A stretch of DNA of 48,856 bases, filler included, from Somniosus microcephalus (GCA_052327205.1; 2 parts of 2 records of this genome joined end to end with filler, not necessarily neighbours in it), one strand, 5' to 3'; numbered from the whole stretch's first letter, positions 34,292 to 48,051 are shown. Made by a program: numbers and translations. The notes: generated from the sequence alone by a model not told the origin.

Positions 34292-37044
34292 CTATCTTCT
34301 ATGTTTCTATGTTAAGGTTATCTTTTTGGCTGGGGAATGGTACATGGGTTGTCAAACATCTCCTCCCTTATGTTCCTCAAGCCATATACCATTCCCCAGC
34401 CAAAAAAGGTGGTTCAATAAACATTCATTTTTTTCTGTAAGAATTGACTGGTCCTTAAAATCAGAACTTCTTAGACTAAAAGTGTAAGATTGCTTCCATT
34501 TCAACTATGATTCGTGAACAGACTTTTAACACGAGTATACCGTTTTATTCAATCTCTCCATCTTGCCATGTGAGATCTAGCAATTTGGCACATTGCATGC
34601 AAAAAAAAAGAGGAATCATACTAAATAAAAATGATTCATAACATGCCATATTTTGTCTTACTAATTTTAGTTAAAGCTTTCTAAATGGATGCCAATTACT
34701 CTGTCAGATAGTGATAATAAGGCTATCAAGTTAATGATTTGTAATCAGCTCCATGTATTATGCTGTGGGTTTCTCGTGTACAAATGCTTTGCAATTGTCC
34801 AAAATTCCGATCTCCGCTATCGTAGAAGAGACATTCAGCCATTAAAACGGAACACCTTAAGCTGGTACTCATGCTATAATCTCAGGGCCCTTATAATCTT
34901 GAATTAAATTTATTTCTGAGCAAGCATTTCTAGCCGCTCCCCCTCCCCCTCCCCCCCCCCCCGCACCACCACCACCCCCTCACTCACAAATCCACGTTGG
35001 CTAATGTCTTATTTTAAGTACAAGTTACATTTTAATATTTAAAAAAAAAATTTTTGTGATGCAATTCAGGCTAGAGTCCAAAATTAACAGTAGTGCGTGA
35101 GGCATATCTGCAAAACCAGCCCACCAGGGCCATGTGCATTTCTTCCTATTAACAAAGCAATAGGACAGAAGTCTCGAGTATTCGTTCATGAATCCTTAGA
35201 CATGTTTTGTGTGTGCTCGACACAAGTCGCAAATATTTGGAACGTGCCTGTGTAGGCACATATTACACCGATCAGCTTACTGACAGCAGACAGCAGGTGT
35301 GCTTGTGAATCAATAGAAATATTTGTGCTTGTTGTAGGGGGTTTAAGGCCCTAAGGATAGAAGGAATATAAAGATATAATGTAATGAAATCCAAACATAT
35401 AAATATATTTTTTCTAACACCAGTATTATTGATTTTATTGAAGTAAACACATTTTTAAAGGAACCCTTGATTTATATGGCACGTTTGCAATATATATTTG
35501 TCTGACGCTTTACTACACGAGTAATGTTATTACCACGAAATGTAAAGAACTCCGATTTGTAAGAATGAGGCTAATATTTCAATGCAAATGTTAGCATCTG
35601 GTTTGATTTCTAAAAAGCATTGTTGCAGGACTTGGACTCAGCAATGTGCATTTAAACAAAATTGTTTTAATTTTTCAAAACGTTGTTCTCAACATGAGCA
35701 GGAATGTCCTTAATTGCTTCGGAATGGAAACACAAATCAACAATGCATATTCACAGATCCTGTGCACTCAGTGTGATATTCTGAATAATCTGACCACACA
35801 ACCATTTTCTGCATCGACTGCATTAAATAGAAGTACTCCATCTTGAGCTAGTGCTAAGAGATTACATGCATTAAAGTTTGTCGACATCGTAAATATGATG
35901 CATGGGTATAGAGCTTTGACTGTGAATTCACTGGTTAAAATGTGCAAATTTGTTGTTTTTTTAGGATTCACTATTTGATTAAAGAACGACAACTGTACCG
36001 TCGAATGCAACTTGCTCATTATCCAGGTGAAAGTAAAATTTAAAGCTAGAGTATCCCTTTCAAATGTGTACATGGCTTGATTTTATACATTGAAAATCAA
36101 TCAAGCTGTGATTTTGGTGTATTCAGTTGGAACTGTTAACTGAATTACTGAAAGAACATACACTACTAGGAACTCTTTGGCAGCATTTTTGCTCAATTTC
36201 AAAAATATAACAAGCTTCATATTTTCTGATTATTCACACAAATGTGCACTTCATGTTGTCATCTTTATTCATACCAGCTTTATAATTTTTAGCATCATTA
36301 CTTCACTGTAGCTGATAACCAGTTTGTATTCTGCAGGGAAACGACGCTTAAAGACTTTAACGATAGGTAACTTAAAATTGATTGGCGGCAGTTACAAAAA
36401 TTAAAACAGGATACTGTAAAGACTGAGAAAATATAATGAAAGAGCCCACGTGGGCAAGTAGACATTCAGTGAATCTGTGGGCACAATGCAGCCCAGTGGC
36501 GCACGATAGCAATGATCTGCTACACACTGCACTGACCAGTGACACATCACCCATTGTCTCACTTCCATGGAAGCAAGTACCAACACCATTTAAATATTCA
36601 AAAATAGTTTACAAACTGAAATGAGTTATCTAAAGATAATTTTCCAGCACGAATGCATCAGTATAGAACAACCTACGCTGATGCTCATTTTAACACCAAA
36701 CCTACCTTTTCATGACTACATGAACCATATATACCAAAGTAATGGGAGGTCAGGTCCCCCGTGAAAAATCTTCCATATCCCACAGACAAGCATGCAGTAT
36801 CTCTATTTACGAAGATATGAATATGGTTATCTAGATGATAGACAGGCACGCAAGCTCATAGAAATAAAGAGCAGGTACCAAGCCCACAAATAGATCACTT
36901 CTGGTTTTATAATCAAAACATTGGTATAGTAGATGGAGAGAAGATACAGAGCAAAAAATTGGCAATATCATTAAGAACAATCTCTATAATGCAAAATGCA
37001 TTTTCAGATTTTTGCCATCAATATGGAAACTTGCAGCACATAAA

Positions 37045-37555
37045 TGGTCATGGGGTTAAGGGAAGCAGTGGAGAAGTAGACCTGGGTGTAATCAGCATAC
37101 ACATAGAAGCTGATCCAAAAGAAGGGGCCAAATATGGATCCTTGAAGAATTCGAGAGATGAACATATGGGGATAGAAGTAGTCACCATTTTTGGAGATGT
37201 TCTGGCTGCATAAAACCAGATAGCAGTGGAAAAATGTAAGGGTAGTCCCACAGAGGCTGGACCAAGAAGGAGGTGGTGAAGGAGTATAGCGTGGTCAACC
37301 ATGGCAAATACCACTCAGAGGTTGAGAAGGGCAAGGAGGGACAAAACACCACAATTGTAGTCACAGAGGATGTCATTAGTGGCTTTGTTCAAGGAAGCCT
37401 TGGCTTATGGGCAGGTTGGATACCGAACTGAAGGGATTTGCGTTAATACTGGACTGAAGGAATTTATGCAGGATAGGTGAGCACGGAGCTGGGAGATGAC
37501 AACACATTCAAGAACCTTAGAGAGGGAAGGGAGGTTGCATATGGGGCAGTCCTTA
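37045..37555 (-). mobile_element. Old L2-type LINE RT fragment
   Basis: Minus-strand remnants LPSLSKVLECVV, MVDHAILL, and a YADY (YADD-like) motif near 37085-37105. Confidence 0.7.
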
Positions 37556-39322
37556 ATTACACAAAAACTGAATAGTGCATAAAACAAAATGGGAACAGTA
37601 AGATATGGCACAAGGACAAATGGCGAGAGTGGCAAAAAAAATTAACTTCATTTTAAAATGTAAGTTAAAGTTAGTCCTCAAGTAGAAATATGGTTCAAGC
37701 CTCTTGTAGGCATACATAATATTTCAAGAGACATGAAAACTTGACATACAGATACTACAATAACTGATGACAGTAAAGACAGCACCCATATAAGGCAAGA
37801 CTGAATGAACAAACATACTTGTGTTTATATAGCATCTTATCAAGTCCTCAATTCATCTCAATGTTTTGCAACCAATGGATTACCAAAGGTAAAAAAAAAT
37901 ATTTATTTAAGTAATTCGTAGAAATGAATTAATAAGTAAACCAAAGGTAAAACAACCCAAGTGTGCAGTACCTTATTGCTTACTGTGGAAGGAAACTGTT
38001 GTCAGCTCTGTTGCTATGACAAGGGACTATTAAACCAAGAGGACTGCAGCATACTATAGCAAACTTAAATAGTTTACTTCATAAGAAAGGACTGACAATT
38101 AAGAAATAATGGGCAGAGAGTTCACTTTTGCAAAAAAGCTCAAAATATATCTATTGCCCTGGGAACCATTGCAAATGTTTGTGCCCCAAAATTAGAAATC
38201 TAACTTTGTGGGAATGTAGAGGCATGCTGTTATAAGGTATGACTTAATGAAATATAACGCATATAAGGTCTGCTCCTTTGAACTCAAAGTTGCTTAATTC
38301 AAATTGTCTGCTAATTTGAATTGGAATCTTGCAAAAAAATCTTCCTGTTCTAGTTTATTCAAATTGCTTAGTTCATACAACTAGATAATTTGAATGTTTT
38401 TTGAACAAAATGACATTGAATTCACAAGACTACACTTATGAAAACATCCAAGATCCAGTTTTTCTGAAGCACAACGGTGAAAGTTTATACAAAACATATT
38501 TATTTCTTAAAGATACACTGGATTCCTATAACAGAGACGTTTAACAATACAGAATGAAATGCTTTGGGGGAAAATGTTAAAATCGAAGGTTGCCATATTT
38601 GCCTTGCAACAGGATCAGTATTCTGTCCTACTGTGCAAACCTCAAAATAGCAAACAAAAAATAAAAGCTTGGTTTCGGTGTTACTACCCAATTTAAAGGT
38701 TAAAATTCCAGCTGCTGCGAGGGAGAATTTTCCTGTTCCAATGTGAACACAGTGTATTTGCATGGGATGTATGCTATAAATAACCTCAGTTCTGATGAAG
38801 GAGAAAATTTTGCCCTTATTGTTCAACACCTCTTTAATAAAATGCAGCATTAAACATCTACATATAGCTGCGCTTTGTTACTGGGGAGATGTTACAAGAC
38901 ACTATTCTGCACTACACACAGAGGACACAATTGGTGATGCAATTACATTGCTGATTGCACCTAGTGCTAAGATTTATCATTTTTATCTTAGTTTTAATAA
39001 AAACATTTCTGTTTCTCACTGGGCATACGAGGTAGGATGCCTCGCCTTGGAGCAAATGTGATTCTTGTTTCACACTCTGCAGTAGGAGTGAATGGAATTG
39101 GTGCTGGGGAAATCTGCAATTGCTTTTGCTTTCCCTTTCAACTGAATGAAGATGGAGATGAGACACCTTGATGTGAGAAAGGACAAAAAAAAGAGCGGGT
39201 TTGGCATAAAAAATAAATACAATAAGAAAAAAGGACACTGCTGACAAATATCTCTGGGTTGACCAAAGCAGAATGTGTTTTTCCACCTTTATGGAAAACC
39301 AGTCATTTGTTGGAGCACATTC

Positions 39323-39598
39323 GGGCAGCACGGTGGCATAGTGGTTAGCACTGTTGCCTCACAGCGCCAGGGACCCGGGTTCGAATCCGGCCTCGGGTGA
39401 CTGTCTGTGTGGAGTTTGCACATTCTCCCCGTGTTTGCGTGGGTTTCCTCCGGGTGCTCCGGTTAGGTTGATTGGCTATGATAAATTGACCCTTACTGTT
39501 CGGGGGATTAAATACGTGGGGTTACGGGGATAGGGTGGGATATGTGTTGGTGATGGGCCGAAATGGCCTCTATCTGCACTGTGGGGTTTCTGTGATTC
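39323..39598 (+). mobile_element. HE1-type V-SINE with internal deletions
   Basis: GGGCAGCACGGTGGCATAGTGGTTAGCAC..GGTTCGAATCC; same body and tail as the 33102 copy. Confidence 0.92.
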
Positions 39599-39736
39599 CC
39601 TGTTGTTTTTTTGATTTGGAAAATATAACGAAAACACACAAAATAAACATATCCAATTCTTTATTCTGCAATACCTGGAGAAGTCTCCTCTGACAGTTCA
39701 GTTAATTAATGTGAGTAGTTAAGCCATAAAGACCAG

Positions 39737-40530
39737 GGGCTGGATTTGCATTGAGGAGGCAAGTCCTAGCCAACCCACGCGATTTAGACTTGATTGACCT
39801 TGTTGAGCCCGCCCAGCGGGCTCAGCAGGCCAATTAAGGGCCACCCAGCAACAGGTGACGTCACAGATTGAAATTTCATCTGTCAAGACCTTTTGACAGA
39901 TGAAATATCAGCGTTTGACAGCTGTTTGAAGTTGTCAAACACTGACAATCTGTACTCCAGGTTAATTCCTTCCTCTCAGGATGATTTAGAGATCTCCCCG
40001 GAACAGAAAGCAGAGGCTGCAGATTTTGACAGCTGGCGGCCATTCTGCTTTCTGTGTCGGTGAGATGAGGGACTCCCGAGACCTGAAGGAAGGAAGGCTG
40101 TAAAGGTAAGTAAAGGTTAGTAGAACTTCTTTAAACACTTTACACAGACCAAACACACTTACCTCTGCACTCATGCACCCATCACTCACCTGAACACCGG
40201 ACATCTCGACCCCTCCAAGCCCTTCAGCCCGATGGCCCGCCTCGCTAACTTGGCGTGGTTTGGAGCCGTCGGGAATCGCACATTTCAACAATGAAAATAG
40301 GGATTAGGCTAAAAACTGCCTGTTAACTACCTGTTAACAGGCAGTTAATTGGCACTAATCCCCTTCCCGCCTCGGGGAGGCGGGTCCCAGTGCGGGGCGG
40401 GTACCCGCCTCCTTTGAAAGTGGCATGGAGGCGGGTTAGGGGCAGGATGGGGTCGGGACCCCCGATTTCAGGATTTTAAACCCCCACACGCCTTCAATCC
40501 CGACTCCACGGCCCAATGAAAATCCAGCCC
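39737..40530. mobile_element. Harbinger-like MITE
   Basis: TIRs GGGCTGGATTT / AAATCCAGCCC; flanks CAG/TAG; internal palindromes. Confidence 0.72.
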
Positions 40531-41001
40531 TAGGAATCTCCCGGCTTCAATCCTTGCTCTGTGTTGAGTTAGCTCATTTCAGCCCAGCAGGTGGTAGTGG
40601 TATTACAACTGGTCTCAGTATCCCTGGGCTAGCTTGGGGAACATTGGTTGGGCTCCCGCTCCTGAGCACTACCTGGCACCTCTGCTGGAAGTACATGAGT
40701 GGATGTTGGATCATACTAGGCAGAAAGCTCCGCCTGCCAAGGCTCACTATCTACATTCACACATGAAGAGTGGCCATTTGGGTGAGATACTGGAAGATGA
40801 CTGGGAACCTGTGGCACTATACCCCAAGAAATCAAGCTGATGCACCCTTAATAGGTGCCAGCAGCCTGCCTCAGCTATGCAAACGAGCCAGTTCCCAGAG
40901 ATTTGGGCCATGGTCTCCGGGCATGGGTGGCTGGGGGGTTTTGCTCCATTGTATTTACACCAGCCCCATGATTTTCCAGGCCTATATAGCTAGAAAACCT
41001 A

Positions 41002-41191
41002 GGGGGTGAAATTGGACATGGGTAGGGGGGTACGCAAAACAGGCAGAATTGCATTTGCCACCCGCTATACCACACGCCCGATATTCAGTTCTACTAAAGT
41101 CAACGGAACTGAACATCGGGTGGAGCGTGTAACAAGCGACCGGCGGGATTCCACTCGTTTCGTGTCCCAATCAGTGTCCAATTTCACCCCC
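41002..41191. mobile_element. Harbinger-like MITE, 190 bp
   Basis: Perfect 17-bp TIR GGGGGTGAAATTGGACA; 3-bp TSD CTA. Confidence 0.85.
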
Positions 41192-41385
41192 CTAATGTCT
41201 TGCCTTGTCACACCAGCAGCAAACCATAAGAACCTCGTCACACTTAAAATGTATGAATCATTAAAACGAGTGGAGATTTTTGCAATTTTTCTTATACATT
41301 CATGAATTCTTTCCTGTTGCAAACAATTTAACAAATGAGTGAATCTCCCATGGAAAAGCTCACACTAGATTGGAAGTAATTCTGT

Positions 41386-42041
41386 GGGCTGGATTTCGCT
41401 AACAAATGGCACCCGCCGTTTGTTAGACTTGTACTTGGCCATAGACTTTCTCCGGGGTTTTGCATGGCAAGTTGCTGTCAGCGGGACATACAAACAGTAC
41501 GGCGCCCCCTACGGGCATCTGGGACCTGTGTGAACATGGCAAGCAACTGTGTATCTCTTTATCCAATCAGATTGAGAATTTGCAGACAGTGTCTGAACCA
41601 GGAAATGTAAGTTAGAATAGTAAATTCAGTGTCAAATCAGGTACAGAGAGCAAAATAAAGAGGGAAAAAAGGATTGCATTAAGAGAAAGGTAAGAGAGAA
41701 AGAAAAAGTTAAAAAAGATTTTTTTTAAAATCTCCAACAATAATTAAAAGCTGAAGAAATGAGACTCCACATTTGTAAGTTAATTTTCAGCGCCAGAGAG
41801 GTTGTTTGGCAGTAATTAAGACTTACCACACTGTTTAAAGGGTGCTTGGACTGAAATGGACAAGCCCTAAATTTTTGTGGCGAGTTTAATCCGTATCTAC
41901 AACGTCAGTAGACAAATTTCACGCCAGGGAGCCAGACGGCAAGATGGTGTTTTTATGCAGTTTAGGGAGTAGCTCGGACAGTAACTTTCGCATTTTCACA
42001 TTTAACTGCATCATCGTTATTTTCGCAGCAATATCTGGCCC
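41386..42041. mobile_element. Harbinger-like MITE, older
   Basis: Imperfect TIRs GGGCTGGATTTCGCT / AGCAATATCTGGCCC. Confidence 0.6.
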
Positions 42042-42116
42042 ATTCTGTTTTATAAGGACAGTAGTCCTACACCATGTAATGAACACACGCACGCACACAC
42101 ACACACACAAGAATGT

Positions 42117-42597
42117 ACATAGATAGAAGATAGGAGTAGGCCATTCGGCCCCTCGAGCCTGCTCCGACATTCAATGAGATCATGGCTGATCATCCAAATT
42201 CAGTACCCTGTCATTTTATAAGTTTCAACGAGATCCCCTCTCATTCTTCCAAGCTCGAGCGAGTATAAGCCCAATCGACCCAATCTCTCCTCATACGTCA
42301 TTCCTGCCATCCCAGGTATCAGCCTGGTGAATCTTCGCTGCACTCCCTCCATGGCAAGAACATCCTTCCTCAGATAAGGCAACCAAAACTGCACACAATA
42401 CTCAAGGTGCGGTCTCACCAAGGCCCTGTACAACTGCAGCAAGACATCCTTGTTCCTGTACTCAAACCCTCTCGCTACGAAGGCCAACATACCATTTGCC
42501 TTCTTAACCGCCTGCTGCACCTGCATGCTTACCTTCAGCGACTGGTGCACAAGGACACCCAGGTCTCGTTGCACTTCCCCTTCTCCCAATCTATTGC
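42117..42597 (-). mobile_element. HER1/CR1 LINE 3' fragment with an internal deletion
   Basis: NRLGEGEVQRDLGVLVHQSLKVSMQ..; same subfamily as 17705 and 32575; jumps from ETYK to the terminal TGY. Confidence 0.93.
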
Positions 42598-44799
42598 ATG
42601 GGCAATCACATGTATAATAAGCGATGGGTAAAATTAAATGGATGAAAGACAATTTAAAGGTAAGTGGCTGCATATGGGGTGGTAGGCTTTACAAAGGCTT
42701 CTAATATTTTCAATGTATATTTCTACCTTTTCTAAAAACTGCTTGGATCACAAGCATGTCTTGCAGAACCCAGAAGCTGGCACAATAATGTGGAAACAGG
42801 AAGCCAAGGGATAGCGTGGTGCAAAAATTGAACCCTCACTTACATGGCTGGCAGTGAGGAGGTGGTGTTGCATGAGGTGTTAGTGAAGTTGATGGTGCTT
42901 CTTGCTATTCCAGGGCATCGTGCCCATAGGATACATAGCAGCAGGCCTGGAAGGAGGCAGAGGCAGAGAATTTGAGGGCACAGTTGTCCTTTAGTGCTAC
43001 TGCCAATGCCAGTTCCATGATCCATATTATCTGCAGGTGTCCTTGCTGCAGATGGTTTAGCTGGGTCACTATTCACTGGTGACTTGCAGCATCTGCAGGC
43101 AGAGAATCCAGATATGTGTGCCTCTGCCAGTAAACGTGGCTGTGCCTGTACAGATGGATTAGTGCAGTGTGTCTCTGGTGCAGTCCGAGCTGCCTGGCAT
43201 TCCTCCCCCCTCCTCTCCTTTCTCCCCAAAGGCAGATGTAAAGGCGCATTCCCATGGGATTGTCCATTGTGGCAACACTGTGGACGTTCTAAAACACCTG
43301 GCTCTCTGAGTTGACTGGGAAAGATGTGAAAATACAACTAAAAAAAGCTAGAAAACAGTAAAAGGCCTTTAAAAAGCCTCTTCAGGTACATTTACACATA
43401 CAACACAGTGCTCAGCAGTCCTGGAAGTCCATTTTATATGTGATGGTGTATAACTCGGTGCTGCTCCAGTGCAAACTCTGGGGCCTCATTTATACGTTGC
43501 AACCGAGAAACTGGCAGATGCTTCCAGTGCTGGTTGCAAACCTGACCAGAAAATTAAGTGGAGTGCTACATGAGGAGAGATCCAGCGTACGTTACCTCCA
43601 CCCATATATCTGTGCCGTTACAGCTAGTTATCAACATCTAGCACCACCCCCATAAAAAATACATCTGTACCCCAAAATAATTATTTTAAATGTGTTACAT
43701 ATTAAACATAAAAATAATGTGAGTATGTATCATTATTTCTTGTGATGTTAATCCTGGATTAACATTCCCTGACATTTTTTGATTACTTCTGTTAAGAATT
43801 TGAGTTCACGAAATGTAACAAATAGTGGGAAACCTTCTCACTTGTCTGAATTCGAAGTTTGTTGTTTAATATTTATTTTGAGTGCAGAAGCTGGCACTCA
43901 GACAAGGAAGGTGTCCTGATTAAAAAAATTTCAGGCTTAAAATATTTGGACAGGAATACAATGATGTCTTATAATGTTACCGTTGTTGGTGACACCTCGC
44001 AATTAAGTTTGGGGAATGTTATTTCGATACTAATTGAATTTTCTACGGGAGGGTAGCAATGATGTTGGGGAGGGAAAGAGTGATGACCCTCGGAAAACAA
44101 CAGTAAGCCTAAGGAATGAAGTGGCAGCAGGGGACAGACCTGAACATGAAGTAGTGTGTCAGAGGGCACGACAGTTTGATTTCATTAGGATCAGCCTTTC
44201 TTAACAACTTATTTTAATCATATGCAGCATCTTTGACATGGAAGAAACATTAAAAAAGCCTGTTATGACACGCAATGTCATGACAAAAAAAATCCTATAA
44301 TGTGCGACATTAAAAAGGTTATTTGATCAGACAAAAGAATTCAGTGTGCTTGACAGCCTATAAAATAAGGCATTAAGACAGTTGAAAAGTTGATTACAAG
44401 TTAGCTCACAGAATTAAACACAGGCTTTTTGTTTGGCTGGGCTAAGACAAGCTGCTTGAAAAACATTTCATGATAACTGCTCCTGGTATCCTGAAGTTTG
44501 GGGATTTTTAACTCAAAAATCTGGTTCAAGATTATTTCTTCTGTAATATTAAAAAGTTATGCAAATTGCAGAGCAGTATAAAAGGAGTATCCTCTTAATA
44601 AGCATTCAACAAGGCGTTGAAACTACCAAATCCTGTTGTTACTTGGAGCTACATTAGAGACTTTGTGATTTGTACTCAGCAATCACAATGTTACAATCAA
44701 TAAGGCTTGTGCAAAAAATCTCAACCAATAGTACTGTGGAATTCATGTGACATATGTAGAACTTAAGCTGTGCAGCTGCGCCCACAGTTTCTTCACAAT

Positions 44800-45194
44800 T
44801 ACTGCATCCCGGTTAAACAACGCCTCGATTTTAAAATTCTCACGGCCTTGCCCCTCCCTATCTCTGGAATCTCCTCCAGCCCATAACCCTCCAAGATATT
44901 TGCGCTCCTCTAATTCTGGCCTCTTGAGCATCCCCGATTTTAATCGCTCCACCATTGGTGGCCGTGTCTTCTGTTGCCGACGCCCTAAGCTCTGGAATTC
45001 CCTCCCTAAATCTCTCCACCTCTCTACCTCTCATTCCTCCTTTAAGACACTACTTAAAACCTACCACTTTGTCTGCCCTAATTTCTCCTTATGTAGCTCG
45101 GTGTCAAATTTAGTTTTATAATGCTCCTGTGAAGCGCCTTGGGATGTTTTACTACATTAAAAGGCGCTATATAAATGCAAGTTGTTGTTGTTGT
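44800..45194 (+). mobile_element. L2-type LINE 3' end
   Basis: PRYLRSSNSGLLSIP..PKLWNSLP..FKTLLKTY; tail GTGAAGCGCCTTGGGA..GGCGCTATATAAATGCAA(GTT)n. Confidence 0.88.
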
Positions 45195-45319
45195 AAAATG
45201 ATCTTTATTGTGTATTGAACTTCTAGCACAAGTACACAATGCATTATAAAACACTAGAAAAATATAAGAAAAATTAAACTGTCAAGGAATTTGTCTATTT
45301 CTCTTAGAGTAAGATTATT

Positions 45320-46031
45320 GGCCCGTATTTTCCGATCTGGAAAAATCTGCACCCTTACCTGAGGGCTCCCGGGACGCGCACAGTTCCGATGCTGGGCCTC
45401 TCCAAACTCCAAGTGCGCAGGGCCCTCGTATCCCAGAGGCGCAGGCAGTTCGCAGCGTCCCTGGGATCCCATGGGCCATGGGGAGCCAATCAAAGAAGGG
45501 AATCTCCCTTCATACACCTGGCAAATATATGAATGGAGATCACCCCAAAAACATAGTAAAACTTTAAATACATTTTTTTTTTAAATCACATTTTTAAAAT
45601 GACTTGAAATTACAATAAATTAAGTATTTTAAACAAAAATGTAATTTTTTGAAAAAAATAATTGAAGTTTTTTACGGGGCTAAATAATAAACTTACCTTT
45701 TAAAAAAATATTTTTAAATGATAAATCAGTGAACATTTTTAAAAACTTTTTTGAACTCTTATCCTGGTAAAAGCAGGCCTTGCGCCTGCTTTTACCAGGC
45801 GTAAGAATTGTAAGAGTTTTCTGCGGGCGGAGGGTCTCCAAAAAGCAGAACTCTCCGCCCGCAGAGGCCTTTCTCCCGGGCAGCCGGAGGATCTGTCAAG
45901 ACCATTCTTGACAGATCGGAAATGCCGGTTTCCAGCGCATGCAGTGTGCATGCCTAAAACCGGCATTTCTGATGTCCCTACGGGTGAATACACAACGCGT
46001 ACCCATCCGTAGGGATTGGAATATCTAGGCC
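45320..46031. mobile_element. Harbinger/PIF-like MITE, family A
   Basis: TIRs GGCCCGTATTTTCC / GGAATATCTAGGCC; TSD ATT; shares internal blocks with 30058-30816. Confidence 0.8.
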
Positions 46032-46866
46032 ATTATTTCATTATTGAAAGTTTTTTGATTATCTGACTTTTAAATGACCAGTGTGTAAAACCCAGTCTAA
46101 AGGGACGATTCCATGATGCCTGCAGGGAGCAGTTTCACCTTCATTCAAGTGTTTATGCCCTATAATCCTAGTGGGGAGTCTTAATGGAAATTTTAACCCA
46201 AGCGACTAACATTTGTGCTCAAATTTTTATGCCAATTTGATCTGTGGTGATTCCACAATCTCAATCCCAGTGGGAAAGCCATGTTTGCAGGGAACCCAGT
46301 CTGGGCATTGGGCTACAAGACTGTATCCTGGCCCATGCTGTCTACGATCACGGCTCCCTGCTGGTTTCTGAGGGCAGTGAAGCTCTGCGTAATGGGTCTC
46401 TACATCTGATATTCCAGCGCATGTTGAAGCCAGATAGGAAAGCCTTTTGTAATTGAGCGCACGAGGCATCTTAGTATTCACCAGAAGTACTCCAATCAGT
46501 TTTAGGGCCTCTAACACAGGATGGCACTGAAGTTGCCATAGACTCCATGCTGGACTGCACAATCATGTATAATCAAGGATGTGGGCAGTGGATTCCTCCA
46601 CAGTCACCAGCAGACCTTGCAATGTGTTTGGCACACTCTCTAATGACAGCAAGCAATCTGATTGATCGAATAGCATTCTTCTTTTAAATGTAGACCCTGG
46701 GAAGTCTGCATTTTTTTTAGGACGTGGGCAATGTTGGCAAGGTTGCATTTTATTGCCCATCTCTATTTGCCTAGAGAAAAGTGGTGAGTCGTTTTGGTGA
46801 GAAATTGTTTATACAACTGAGTGGCTGACTCAGCCACTTCAGAAGGCATTAAGAATAAACCATGTA

Positions 46867-47860
46867 CAGGAAACTCTCTTTTTACCGGCACCTAAATAAC
46901 TGGAAATCTCTCTTAACCGGCAAAATTCAGGAGTAGGTTCAGGTAAATTTTACTTCATATTAGTGACCGTGTAACCGGGGTTCCTGGATCTGTGGCCGTG
47001 TAACCGGGGTTCCTGGATCTGTGGCCGTGTAACCGGGGTTCCTGGATCTGTGGCAGTGTAACCGGGGTTCCTGGATCTGTGGCCGTGTAACCGGGGTTCC
47101 TGGATCTGTGGCCGTGTAACCGGGGTTCCTGGATCTGTGGCCGTGTAACCGGGGTTCCTGGATCTGTGGCCGTGTAACCGGGGTTCCTGGATCTGTGGCC
47201 GTGTAACCGGGGTTCCTGGATCTGTGGCCGTGTAACCGGGGTTCCTGGATCTGTGGCCGTGTAACCGGGGTTCCTGGATCTGTGGCCGTGTAACCGGGTT
47301 TCCTGGATCTGTGGCTGTGTAACCGGGGTTCCTGGATCTGTGGCCGTGTAACCGGGGTTCCTGGATCTGTGGCCATGTAACCGGGTTTCCTGGATCTGTG
47401 GCCGTGTAACCTGGGTTCCTGGATCTGTGGCCGTGTAACCGGGGTTCCTGGATCTGTGGCCGTGTAACCGGGTTTCCTGGATCTGTGGCCGTGTAACCAG
47501 GGTTCCTGGATCTGTGGCCGTGTAACCGGGGTTCCTGGATCTGTGGCTGTGTAACCGGGGTTCCTGGATCTGTGGTCGTGTAACCGGGTTTCCTGGATCT
47601 GTGGCCGTGTAACCGGGTTTCCTGGATCTGTGGCCGTGTAACCGGGGTTCCTGGATCTGTGGCCGTGTAACCGGGTTTCCTGGATCTGTGGCCGTGTAAC
47701 CTGGGTTCCTGCTCCTGTTGCCATGCAACAGGGACGCCTGGATCTGTGGCCGTGTATGGGGCTCTCGTACCTTAGTAACTATACCTCTCTGTAATCTGGA
47801 CTTTTTGATCAACCGGCCGCACGCCGGTCCCGTCGGTGCCGGATAAAAAAGAATTTCCTG
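46867..47860. mobile_element. Tc1/mariner-pogo (Tigger-like) MITE containing a VNTR
   Basis: TA|CAGGAAACTCTCTTTTTACCGGCACC ... GGTGCCGGATAAAAAAGAATTTCCTG|TA: ~26-bp imperfect TIRs with a TA TSD. Confidence 0.85.
46967..47755. repeat. 29-bp minisatellite (~26 copies)
   Basis: Unit CCGTGTAACCGGGGTTCCTGGATCTGTGG. Confidence 0.97.
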
Positions 47861-48051
47861 TAGTGTGAACAAGAGTCATGTGCAGAGTGGTTATCGCTGG
47901 AGGTTCCTTTCTTTAAAAGGCATTAGTAAACCAGTTGCATTTCAATGACAATGCAGCAGTGATCATGGTCATTTTTTCTGCTGGTCTTCTACAAATTACC
48001 AAATGTATTGAATTCAATTTCATATCTTGCCATGGTGGGATTTGAACTCAC

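Larger units (their letters stand above)
46715..48050. mobile_element. Old interspersed retroelement remnant split by a MITE
   Basis: GGACGTGGGC..TTTATTGCCCATC..ACAACTGAGTGG..CATTAGTAAACCAG..TGGTGGGATTTGAAC resembles a recalled common elasmobranch repeat; family uncertain. Confidence 0.45.

Noticed and set aside
37972-38023. 11-nt minus-strand micro-exon (cag|TAAGCAATAAG|gtactg) and an RFX-like GTTGCTATGACAAG motif
   Set aside because: Short motifs expected by chance; no host gene identified and not frame-preserving
42675-43655. Possible degenerate Harbinger element with a Myb-like remnant
   Set aside because: Only weak terminal similarity (ATGGGGTGGT/ACCACCCCCAT) and no convincing protein motif
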